UHGV virus genome: UHGV-0133447
Reading direction: 5' to 3' (one strand)
Length of the DNA: 28,245 bases
Source of the DNA: a virus
Positions 14,411 through 21,924 of this stretch are shown here, piece by piece. Under the pieces are notes generated by a model. That model searched no databases and had not been told where the DNA came from. It worked only from the letters and a program-made list of their open reading frames with translations. Both the position numbers and the translations under genes were made by a program. Numbering within the stretch: the first letter of the stretch is position 1; each line of letters starts with the position of its first letter.

Positions 14411-16389
14411 GCTGCCTGCTCCTCTCTGTTCACGCACATTTCGGGTAAGTTGGCGCGTACCAGCGCTTCGGCGAACGGCGGCGGGACGGCATTGCCACAG
14501 CGCGCGACCTGCTTATCTTTCGCGTATTTCACGCCGCGGTAATCCTGGTCAATGATGTACCACTCCGGAAAGCCCTGCGCCCGATAGAGCTCGTGCGGCT
14601 GCAGCATGCGCATGCCGATATCAACGATGCGGTAAGTCACTCCGCCGATTTCCACCAGCCCGGTGCATTCCTCTCCGCAGTATTCCTGCAGGAACGACAG
14701 CACCTGCTGCGCTCGCTCTTCGTCATAGTCCTCGACCGCCAGAGTCGTTTTAACCTCCCCTACATGCTGGCCACCGGCAGTGATAGTCGGCATCGGCTCG
14801 TCAGTTCGCTGGCCATCGCGGCAGGTTCCGCGCAGCTTAACCAGATGAGAAGCGACTAATGCATGGTGATCGACAGTCGTTACTGAATGCGCTGGCTCAT
14901 CCAGCCCCACGCCAGCGCCCTGATAATTCCCTCCGTAGTGTTTTGCCAGGAACGCACCAACTACAGCATGTTTCCCGCCACCAGCCACAACGGTGCCCAG
15001 CGGCTTATCCAGTCCTGGCACGCGAGGTGCCTGTCCTGGCCGTTCCCCGTATCCCATTTGAATGAGCGTCGGCACAACCAGCTGCGATTTACCTCCGCCG
15101 CCCGCGGTGATTGTTGCGCTAGGCTCATCCGCCCGGTGTCCGATGCTGGCGCCGAACTGCCGGGCGATAACCGGAGCGACGACACAGGCGCGCGATTCTT
15201 TCAGGATGGTGTGAGCGGGTTTATCGAGCGGGCGTGGTTTAGCCTGGTACTCGCTGCCGCCATTGCCAGCCAGGAACGGCGCCAGCTCTGCTTCAACAAT
15301 ACCCAGAGCGTGACCATTCCCGCCCGGGCGTTTTGCGGTACCGGCCGTCACCGTCGGCAACGGATCGGTGACTTCCTGCCCGGTAGCTCCAGTTCGGAAT
15401 TTTGTCAGATGAGGTACCGCAATTGCGTAGCCGTGGGTTTTCGTAATCGTCTGTAGCGGATCGTCCAGCGCCTGTCCCCGGAAACAGTCGTATTTGCCGC
15501 GTGTCGTTGTGTGATTGCACTTCACGATGAACGGCGAAGCGCTTTCGATAACAAAGCGCTGAATGCCGCGGGCAATCCGTTTTAGCGTATTCTCTGCCAG
15601 TGACTTTTTGCGACCGAAGATGCTCGGCGCGGGGATTGACCAGTCTATGCATTCCGCAGCTGTACGCCACGGCTCAAGCTGGCCCGCCAGCACGGCGGCA
15701 GACTTCGGATCCCCGTGCGTGGCTTCCGGCCAGACTATCAGTTTCCCGTCCCGGCGCATCACCATGAAGAACCGCTTACGGATGGTCGGCGCGCCATAAT
15801 CGCAGGCGCGCAGCTCGCGAAAATCGACGACATAACCCAGCCCGGCAATTAAGCGCTTGGCCTGCTCGCTATCCGGTGAAAACTCCAGAAACTCGCAACA
15901 CTCCACCAGTGCAGGATGATCTGCTGGAATACCGGTGGTAAGCATCCCGACAAATGCATTGAAAGTTTCACCGATGCGTGCCGGATCCGGTCGCATTTCT
16001 GCCGCGAGTAACGGACCCCACGTCTTAAACTCTTCGACGTTTTCCAGCATCATGACTCGCGGGCCAACATCCAGCGCCCAACGAATGACGATCCATGCCA
16101 GCCCTCGAATAGCTTTCTCTACTGGTTTAGCACCTTTCGCTTTAGAAAAGTGACGACAGTCAGGCGAGAACCATGCCAGGCCGACAGGCTTGCTACTGGT
16201 AGCGGCTAATGGGGATACATCAAACACACTTTCGCAATAGTGAAGCGTGTCGGGATGGTTAGTGCGGTGCATAGCAACGGCGTTAACATCGTGGTTAATA
16301 GCGATATCAACACTGCGCCCTATTGCCAGTTCAATACCTGTACTGGCTCCACCGCCGCCAGCGAAATTATCGACAATAATCTCACGCAT
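14407..16389 (-). CDS. DNA (cytosine-5) methyltransferase with greatly expanded, internally repeated target-recognition region
   Basis: Motif I DNFAGGGGAS, IV SPDCRHFS, VI MLENV, VIII TIRKRFF, IX LQPHELYRAQGFP and X GNAVPPP. About 375 aa lie between VIII and IX and contain about 7 D-[EDK]-P-x(2,3)-T-[IV] repeats. Confidence 0.92.
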   Translation of the reverse strand: MREIIVDNFAGGGGASTGIELAIGRSVDIAINHDVNAVAMHRTNHPDTLHYCESVFDVSPLAATSSKPVGLAWFSPDCRHFSKAKGAKPVEKAIRGLAWIVIRWALDVGPRVMMLENVEEFKTWGPLLAAEMRPDPARIGETFNAFVGMLTTGIPADHPALVECCEFLEFSPDSEQAKRLIAGLGYVVDFRELRACDYGAPTIRKRFFMVMRRDGKLIVWPEATHGDPKSAAVLAGQLEPWRTAAECIDWSIPAPSIFGRKKSLAENTLKRIARGIQRFVIESASPFIVKCNHTTTRGKYDCFRGQALDDPLQTITKTHGYAIAVPHLTKFRTGATGQEVTDPLPTVTAGTAKRPGGNGHALGIVEAELAPFLAGNGGSEYQAKPRPLDKPAHTILKESRACVVAPVIARQFGASIGHRADEPSATITAGGGGKSQLVVPTLIQMGYGERPGQAPRVPGLDKPLGTVVAGGGKHAVVGAFLAKHYGGNYQGAGVGLDEPAHSVTTVDHHALVASHLVKLRGTCRDGQRTDEPMPTITAGGQHVGEVKTTLAVEDYDEERAQQVLSFLQEYCGEECTGLVEIGGVTYRIVDIGMRMLQPHELYRAQGFPEWYIIDQDYRGVKYAKDKQVARCGNAVPPPFAEALVRANLPEMCVNREEQAA

Positions 16390-17335
16390 GAGCGGTCCCC
16401 CTCATGCTGCCGACCAGCCCACCAGCAACGGTGATGATTTCGCTGGTGGGCACGCGCTCCAGCCACAACTGGTTAATGTGGGCCTTCAGCTTGTTCTGCT
16501 GGGAGAACTCCAGATCCTCTGCGCCTTGTACCTGTCCAAAGACGAGTCCAACTTCCAGTGGCCAGATCCGGGATTCAGGCTCAGCCAATGATGCAACAGC
16601 ATCGGGGATGATCACTTCAGGAGACTGAACTGGCGAAACTGGTGACAGGAATTTTCCTGCAGCAAACTCAGCCAGCGCCATACTTGCGCGCCCTTTTGCT
16701 TCCAGCTCAACGCGATCGATATAGCTAAAATGTTCACCGCGCCAGGTCTTATCAAATACCGCAATGGCCCCGGCAAAGAATGCGCTGGTGGGCTTCTGCT
16801 TTTCGTCGGCCGGCACAAACCACGTTGGGAGATCGAATCCAATACGACCACGAATAAACATGATGTGATCGGCATATTCCGGCCACCATGTTTCACTTGT
16901 TGCTGACTTCACGAGGTAAATGTAACGACCACCCTTTTCACGCTGCTCGGCGGTATAGTTCATAATATGAGTCATGCCAGTGATGGCTTGTTTTTCATGG
17001 TACTGCGAACGGCTATACGGCGGATTAGCAAAGGCCGCTCCTCCGAGTTCTACCAAACGACCAGACCAGTCCTGCGTCAGCGCATTATCTTCAGCGGTAT
17101 ACCATGCCGGACATTTTGTATTGCTGTCGTCTGCAAACAGGTCCAGTACCAGCGGGCCAAACATAGCGTTAACGCCCCAGAACAGCAGATCAGGGGTACG
17201 CCATTGATCCCCGACTTCTTTTAAATAATGCGCACTACGCTGGCGCTGTTCCTCAAGTGCCAGGCAATAAGGGCTGACGGTTTTTGTTAAAGTTTGCTCT
17301 TCTGCGGTCATAGCTTCTTGTACTTCCTGACTCAT
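16382..17335 (-). CDS. Phage-type DNA N6-adenine methyltransferase (Dam, PF05869-like) with C-terminal extension
   Basis: WRTPDLLFWGVNAMFGPLVLDLFAD...FANPPYSRS matches the phage Dam family pattern as I recall it. Overlaps both neighbours. Confidence 0.85.
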   Translation of the reverse strand: MSQEVQEAMTAEEQTLTKTVSPYCLALEEQRQRSAHYLKEVGDQWRTPDLLFWGVNAMFGPLVLDLFADDSNTKCPAWYTAEDNALTQDWSGRLVELGGAAFANPPYSRSQYHEKQAITGMTHIMNYTAEQREKGGRYIYLVKSATSETWWPEYADHIMFIRGRIGFDLPTWFVPADEKQKPTSAFFAGAIAVFDKTWRGEHFSYIDRVELEAKGRASMALAEFAAGKFLSPVSPVQSPEVIIPDAVASLAEPESRIWPLEVGLVFGQVQGAEDLEFSQQNKLKAHINQLWLERVPTSEIITVAGGLVGSMRGTAHA

Positions 17336-17526
17336 AGTTTTCCCCTGCGCTGATCAGCATCAACAAGTGCTCTCAGTAACCAGTAACGGCGATCAAAGCT
17401 GAAAAGGTCATTTCTGAGGAGTGCATATTTTCTGCGAAAAATAACGTCGTGCTGCCACCAGTAACGCCAGTGATGCAAACGCATAAGGCGCCGGAGACTT
17501 ATCAAAATCTTCTTCAATCGGAGCAC
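17332..17526 (-). CDS. Small basic W/R-rich ORF (uncertain)
   Basis: Fills the gap between two genes and has an ATGA overlap with the Dam start. The start codon is uncertain (GTG at 17526 or ATG at 17484). Composition is unusual. Confidence 0.4.
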   Translation of the reverse strand: MLRLKKILISLRRLMRLHHWRYWWQHDVIFRRKYALLRNDLFSFDRRYWLLRALVDADQRRGKL

Positions 17527-17972
17527 AAGTCACCTCCGCAGTAATTTCCGGCCAGATAGCATGACCCGGCGGAATCATTCATGTTTCTGGCGTTTCGAAC
17601 AGAAGCATTCTTAAGACGCAGGTATCGCTCTCTTGCTTTAGCCGTACAGTTGCTGTCACAAAGTTGCTGCCATACCGTCGCCGCACGGCGGTAATAGCGT
17701 TTCTCTTCCAGCTTTTTGGCTGTCGCTTCAAGGGCGAGAATCTCCCCCGAAAGCCCACCTGGCAGGTACTCTTCAATATCAATGGATCCCGCTACGAAGT
17801 AGATAAACCCACCAGTAACTTCAACGCTGGCAAGTTCCCCGTCGTAGTAAAGGCGATGAACAGCGCTCTTCACTGTTACCGGTTTGGTTTCAGGAAATGC
17901 CGCAGTGATATCGCGCAGCATTTTGCCTGGATTCTTCTCAATAAATTCAAAGATCGACTTGGCTATGTTCAT
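17514..17972 (-). CDS. wHTH protein with PerC-like C-terminal motif
   Basis: 152 aa. LEEKRYYRRAATVWQQL resembles the PerC-family signature as I remember it. ATGA overlap with the replication gene. Confidence 0.5.
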   Translation of the reverse strand: MNIAKSIFEFIEKNPGKMLRDITAAFPETKPVTVKSAVHRLYYDGELASVEVTGGFIYFVAGSIDIEEYLPGGLSGEILALEATAKKLEEKRYYRRAATVWQQLCDSNCTAKARERYLRLKNASVRNARNMNDSAGSCYLAGNYCGGDLCSD

Positions 17973-18880
17973 CCCCGGAACCCCCGTGGAATCGTGGTTT
18001 GTACTGGACTAATTGAATTAACATCCCGCGGTCTGGTTTTGTCCCACGACTCCCTTGGCGGGCGGCCTTTAGCATCCCAGCGGATGGCGCTTTGCAGATA
18101 TCCCTCGAATTTTTTAGGGCCGAAAAGTGTCTCGGGTCGCATGTACTGGTATTGCTCGTCGTTGCCATGCCAGTGCTCATGCTTGACGTCGATTACCAGA
18201 TTCAAGTCGCTAACGGTATGACCTTCGCGGAGGCGGGCGCGAATGTTCTCCAGTGAGGTCTTAGATTTCTGGTAACGGGAACCGCTGACCAGATTCAGGT
18301 GTGCCAGAACTTCGATCGCGTTATCGGTAATAACAACTTCAGGATCCGGCTTATCGTCGGGTTCCGCAGGAGCCCGACAAGAAGGTTTTTTAGATGACGG
18401 ATCTAATGACGGATCTAATGACGGATCGCCTTCAACCATTGAGGGGTCCTCCCGCAATATTTGAGGGGGTACAGACCCATTATTTGAGGCATCAGAATTT
18501 GACCCCTCAAATTTTGAACCCTCAAATTCTGAGGCATCAAATTTTGATTGTTCACGTGGCGTTGCGTAGAAGATTTTTGCTTCAGCTGCTGCACGTTCAA
18601 GCATGTCCACATTGAGTTTATAAACGTTCGAATTATTCTTTCCACCCACGCGCCGTTCCTGCTTCTTCAGCCAGCCTTTAGCCTGAAGCTTTTTGATAGC
18701 GCTGCGGACAGTATTCTCGCTCTTGGCGCCGATCTGTCGCTGAATAGTGGTTACCGCTGGCCATGACACACCTTCGTCATTACTGAAATCTGCCAGGCGA
18801 GCCATGACCGCTATTTCTGAGATTATCAGCCCTTTGAAAGCGCATGCTTCCCATACGAGGCCGTGTAATTTACTGCTCAT
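17969..18880 (-). CDS. Replication initiation protein (lambda O-like role; N-terminal HTH, C-terminal phage conserved domain)
   Basis: 303 aa with an N-terminal wHTH (VSWPAVTTIQRQIGAKSENTVRSAIKKLQAKGWL). It has internal iteron-encoded repeats and a C-terminal LNLVSGSRYQKSKTSLENIRARL...RPETLFGPKKFEGYL domain typical of phage initiators. Confidence 0.8.
   Translation of the reverse strand: MSSKLHGLVWEACAFKGLIISEIAVMARLADFSNDEGVSWPAVTTIQRQIGAKSENTVRSAIKKLQAKGWLKKQERRVGGKNNSNVYKLNVDMLERAAAEAKIFYATPREQSKFDASEFEGSKFEGSNSDASNNGSVPPQILREDPSMVEGDPSLDPSLDPSSKKPSCRAPAEPDDKPDPEVVITDNAIEVLAHLNLVSGSRYQKSKTSLENIRARLREGHTVSDLNLVIDVKHEHWHGNDEQYQYMRPETLFGPKKFEGYLQSAIRWDAKGRPPRESWDKTRPRDVNSISPVQTTIPRGFRG
18394..18560. 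repeat. Origin-like iteron cluster inside the replication gene
   Basis: ATGACGGATCTA occurs 2.8 times (18394-18429). This is followed by TTGAGGGG/TTTGAGG motifs and inverted CCCCTCAAAT/CCCTCAAAT copies (18436-18545), which resemble lambda ori iteron cores (TCCCTCAAA). An AT-rich tract follows. Confidence 0.6.
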
Positions 18881-19049
18881 GGCTGCCCTCTACTTCCCTG
18901 AACTTGCGTTGAAACTGATCGAGTGGGCTAAAGCACTCGTGGGAATAGCCTTCCCGCAGGTAGATGACGCGACGTGTCTCAGGCTCCCAGCGGATAACTC
19001 TGACTGGATTGCCATAGTGGTCTTTGAACTTCCGGTTAACTTCTCGCAT
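18870..19049 (-). CDS. DUF4222-like small protein (59 aa; below the ORF-track cutoff)
   Basis: My translation is MREVNRKFKDHYGNPVRVIRWEPETRRVIYLREGYSHECFSPLDQFQRKFREVEGSHEQ. GGAGGG lies upstream. It overlaps the replication gene start by 11 nt and is far more protein-like than the overlapping 115-aa frame. Confidence 0.6.
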   Translation of the reverse strand: MREVNRKFKDHYGNPVRVIRWEPETRRVIYLREGYSHECFSPLDQFQRKFREVEGSHEQ

Positions 19050-19221
19050 AACGCTTTTGCCCTCCGGTTAAAGACCCCCACAACTCCGCGTGCCCGACTG
19101 TGGTTACACTCGACCCATTTACCGCATACCATGCGCTCATACCGAAACGACGAAACGCCCGGGATCGGGTACATCCGTAGTTGCGGTAATTGAAGATTTA
19201 CGATTAAATTGCTCATGCGGA

Positions 19222-19773
19222 TTATTTCTCCATACACAAAGATTTATTCGCCACGACGCCCGGAGCTGCACACTCGCGGGCGTCACTCTTTTCTGGCTGA
19301 CAAAAGACACGGAACAGTAACGTTAAATGTTCCTGCCATTTCGCCATCACCTGATAGCTGTTCTCCTCAATTTGCTCGCGTTCTGCCTGGTCAATTACCC
19401 CATCAGCTGTAGCTTTACGCAGGTACTGCGAGTGTTTTCCTATCCACTCAATGGACTCCATAAGACGCTGGTTAATATCTGCGTTGTCCACGTCTTCAAT
19501 ATCTGCCAACGGAACAAAAACGCCGTTCGAGTGACGCGCTATAGCATTGGCAATATGATTTGACCCACCAGCACGCTGCAGCACCATTGCCCAGCCGAGA
19601 GGGAAAATCTGATCACCATCGGCACGTAAACGGTTAAACAATGCGTTTTCAGTAACGCCCAGCCACTCCGCAGCTTCCACGTAACCACCGTCCAGTTCGG
19701 TGATAGTCTTTTTAATCGCGGCCACCAGCCACGCCGGTTGCTTCTCTACTTTCCATTCAGGTTCTATACCCAC
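19222..19773 (-). CDS. CII-like regulatory protein (CP76/YdaT-type)
   Basis: 183 aa with a GTG start and AGGAGG 7 nt upstream. HTH-like AAEWLGVTENALFNRLR. Sits directly after the cro-like gene. Confidence 0.7.
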   Translation of the reverse strand: MGIEPEWKVEKQPAWLVAAIKKTITELDGGYVEAAEWLGVTENALFNRLRADGDQIFPLGWAMVLQRAGGSNHIANAIARHSNGVFVPLADIEDVDNADINQRLMESIEWIGKHSQYLRKATADGVIDQAEREQIEENSYQVMAKWQEHLTLLFRVFCQPEKSDARECAAPGVVANKSLCMEK

Positions 19774-19817
19774 GGCTTACCTCCTACTTCTGTGGTTAAC
19801 GCTGCTAAAACCAAATG

Positions 19818-20018
19818 TTATTGTTTGGAATAGATATCTGGTCGGAGATCAAACTTGGTGATCGCACCGGATGTGCTTTTTTCCAGTTTTTTTGCCAGAT
19901 CAAATCCAGCTTTTTTGTAGCCGTTAAAAACTAAACGCAGATAACCGGGTGTAGAGCCAACGTTTGCAGCTAAATTGCTCTGTTGCTCTTTAGTTAATGA
20001 ATCCCAGAACTCTTTCAT
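19818..20018 (-). CDS. Cro/YdaS-like HTH repressor
   Basis: The ATG at 20018 (MKEFWDSLTKEQQSNLAANVGSTPGYLRLV...) is preceded by AGGAGG. Divergent from cI across an operator-rich region. Confidence 0.8.
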   Translation of the reverse strand: MKEFWDSLTKEQQSNLAANVGSTPGYLRLVFNGYKKAGFDLAKKLEKSTSGAITKFDLRPDIYSKQ

Positions 20019-20105
20019 ATATGTACCTCCTGTGTACATATTACACGAAAGAAATGAACCTTCAAGGTACTTGTACCTTGAAGGTACACACGGTTTAATT
20101 TCAAT
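20019..20105. promoter_or_regulatory. OR-like operator region with divergent PR / PRM candidates
   Basis: 15-bp operators of form GTACC-N5-GGTAC: GTACCTCCTGTGTAC 20023-37, GAACCTTCAAGGTAC 20056-70 and GTACCTTGAAGGTAC 20073-87. The latter two lie within a 26-bp perfect palindrome at 20059-84. PR candidate: TTGAAG (20065-60), 16 nt, TAATAT (20043-38). PRM candidate: TTGTAC 20071-76, 17 nt, TTTAAT 20094-99, which implies a near-leaderless cI mRNA. Confidence 0.6.
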
Positions 20106-20780
20106 ATGAAAACAATCCAGGAAATCAGGCGGTTAAACGCCAGAAAATTGCGTGATGGTGTTGGCGGTAATATTTACTTCGCCAATATGATTGATCGCGA
20201 GCCTACTCAAACCAGCCGGTTCATGGGAGATGGCGCCACTAAAAACATCGGCGATGCAATGGCAAGGCACATTGAAAAGTGTTTTGACTTACCTACTGGG
20301 TGGTTAGATCAGGAACATCAAACCACTAATGTTGCTAAAACGCCCGATGTCTCTGATACAAATAGAAATATCACCATGGTTCCGGTTATATCCTGGGTAC
20401 AAGCAGGAGCATGGACCGAAGTTGGCTATGCTGAGGTTGATTTGAATAGCACTGAAAACTATCCATGCCCTGTGCCTTGTGGGCCGATGACTTATATTCT
20501 TCGTGTTATTGGCGACTCAATGATCGACGAATATAGGCCCGGTGATATGATTTTTGTTGATCCCGAAGTTCCAGCAGTGCATGGAGATGATGTGATCGCC
20601 TTAATGCACGCTTCTGGTGAGACTACATTTAAACGGTTGATTGAAGATGCAGGACAACGCTATCTAAAAGCACTTAACTCAAATTGGCCAGAACCTTACA
20701 TCAAAATCAATGGTAATTGCTCTATCATTGGCACCGTAATTTTTTCCGGTAAACCAAGACGATACCGAACGAAAACATAA
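20106..20780 (+). CDS. cI: CI-type prophage repressor (HTH plus S24 LexA-like peptidase domain)
   Basis: 224 aa with an N-terminal HTH. VPVISWVQAGAW, GDSM and a C-terminal K-containing S24 fold pattern. Divergent from cro. Confidence 0.93.
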   Translation: MKTIQEIRRLNARKLRDGVGGNIYFANMIDREPTQTSRFMGDGATKNIGDAMARHIEKCFDLPTGWLDQEHQTTNVAKTPDVSDTNRNITMVPVISWVQAGAWTEVGYAEVDLNSTENYPCPVPCGPMTYILRVIGDSMIDEYRPGDMIFVDPEVPAVHGDDVIALMHASGETTFKRLIEDAGQRYLKALNSNWPEPYIKINGNCSIIGTVIFSGKPRRYRTKT

Positions 20781-20791
20781 CAAAGACTATT

Positions 20792-20818
20792 AAACCTGCT
20801 TCGGCGGGTTTTTTTACA
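20792..20818 (+). terminator. Rho-independent terminator after cI
   Basis: AACCTGC-TTCG-GCGGGTT followed by T-run 20809-20816. Confidence 0.8.
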
Positions 20819-20819
20819 C

Positions 20820-20862
20820 TTGACAATGTACCTCAACGGTACATAATGTACCTAAAAGAAAC
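20820..20862 (+). promoter_or_regulatory. PL-type early-left promoter with OL operator
   Basis: TTGACA 20820-25, a 16-17-nt spacer and CATAAT/ATAATG 20842-48. The spacer is itself the operator GTACCTCAACGGTAC (20828-42), the same consensus as OR. A half-site GTACC is at 20848-52. Confidence 0.7.
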
Positions 20863-20953
20863 AGCGAACAGGCAGGACGCCCACGAAGTAGCCGCCCGGG
20901 GCATATGAAGTCCGGGATGATTCGCTGACAGATAAACCAAATAGGAACAGATC

Positions 20954-21187
20954 ATGGCAAGCAAAGGCATTGAAAACCTTATCAAGGACGCATTGGCAAA
21001 CGGCTGTCATGTAGTCCGTAAAGCGCATCGCTTCGAGGTAAGCAAGAAAGGCCAAAAATCAATCACTCTTATTATTTGTGAAGATGGCACAGCTTACCGG
21101 GGAGATATTGACCTAACGATCGCCATAGCCATTCGCACTCAAAAAGAAATGCGCAGAATCCTCGGCCTGCCAGCCAAGGCAAGTTAA
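20954..21187 (+). CDS. Hypothetical 77-aa protein, first ORF of the early-left operon (N position, but no arginine-rich motif)
   Basis: ORF with an AGGAA RBS. No family recognised confidently. Confidence 0.6.
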   Translation: MASKGIENLIKDALANGCHVVRKAHRFEVSKKGQKSITLIICEDGTAYRGDIDLTIAIAIRTQKEMRRILGLPAKAS

Positions 21188-21629
21188 TTACCACAGGTGT
21201 CTTCGGGAGGGGTTGCGGAGCTGGATTGACCACCAGCAACAGAAACTCACCCGACATACAGCAGCCGTTTAGCCCACGGCGTCGGGGGTCCAGTAGACCT
21301 GGATTAATACTGTAGGGGTTGTGCCGGTTGGTCGCCGGCGCCCCGCCCGAAGATTCCTGATCGAACATGGCGAAAGCCGACAGCGTTGAAGGCGATTTTC
21401 TCGGTTTGCGCGCTAAACAATAGCGGGGGTGAAATCGGGGCGGAGAAGCAGAATCCGCGATGTCGGGACTTGATACTTCCGGCCAGACCAACAAGCCGAA
21501 TGATCGCGTAACGGTCCTTTGCATCTGCCCCGGCGAGGTGGCGCCGCCGGACCGGGGCAGATGAATCGTACACAACATGAAAGCGCATTCCATCTTCATC
21601 CGTCGTGGGGACTGGTTTGTAACTGAAGG

Positions 21630-21650
21630 AGTGCGCTTCCAGTTGTGAAC
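21630..21650 (+). repeat. 21-nt boxA-like motif, degenerate copy 0 (AGTGCGCTTCCAGTTGTGAAC)
   Basis: 14 of 19 core positions match copy 1. Lies 274 nt upstream of copy 1. Confidence 0.4.
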
Positions 21651-21903
21651 GGCAATATTCACGACCGTTGTATGGCACATGCAGCGTTAGCAGCCCGGAT
21701 GGTTCCCTTGAAGTTCCATGCGCTATCCGGACAACTGGAATGTGCAAGCCAAGTGTTTCAGGCACGACGTGCGCCCCACCAGCGCGGCGAAAAGGTGTGA
21801 CCCCCGGGAAGAGTCCGGGACACAACAGGAAAGAGTACTGAAGATGCCAGGAAACGCCCTACCGCCAGGCAGATAGACGGGTTATCCCGCAAGGGGTGGC
21901 GGC

Positions 21904-21924
21904 AGTGCTCTTACCGTTGTGGTG
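21904..21924 (+). repeat. 21-nt boxA-like motif, copy 1 (AGTGCTCTTACCGTTGTGGTG)
   Basis: Contains TGCTCTTA (compare lambda nut boxA CGCTCTTA and rrn boxA TGCTCTTTAACAA), followed by GT-rich GTTGTGGTG, which is also the 5' acceptor-like strand of module 1. Confidence 0.6.

Noticed and set aside
18394-18429. Tandem 12-bp repeats as a possible CRISPR or minisatellite
   Set aside because: There are only 2.8 contiguous copies with no spacers. They are in frame within the replication gene (DPSLDPSLDPS) and adjacent to iteron-like motifs, which fits ori/iteron sequence and not CRISPR.
19983-19997. Strong rrn-boxA-like TTGCTCTTTAGTTAA on the plus strand
   Set aside because: It lies inside the cro-like coding sequence on the antisense strand, upstream of the PRM candidate. 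No plus-strand transcript is expected to carry it, so it is treated as a chance match.
20954-21187. Assigning the 77-aa first early-left ORF as an N-type antiterminator or a HicA-like toxin
   Set aside because: It has no arginine-rich motif as in lambda/P22/phi21 N. Its resemblance to HicA (C-terminal ...EMRRILGL) is too weak to call by eye.
21072-21825. Two long minus-strand ORFs (21072-21680, 202 aa; 21304-21825, 173 aa) inside the early-left noncoding region
   Set aside because: They overlap each other for about 375 nt in different frames and run antisense to the operon. They have no obvious RBS and give R/P/G/S-rich translations typical of chance ORFs in GC-rich structured DNA. The first also overlaps the 77-aa plus-strand gene. 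A real small gene in 21304-21825 is not fully excluded; tblastn/RNAcode would settle it.
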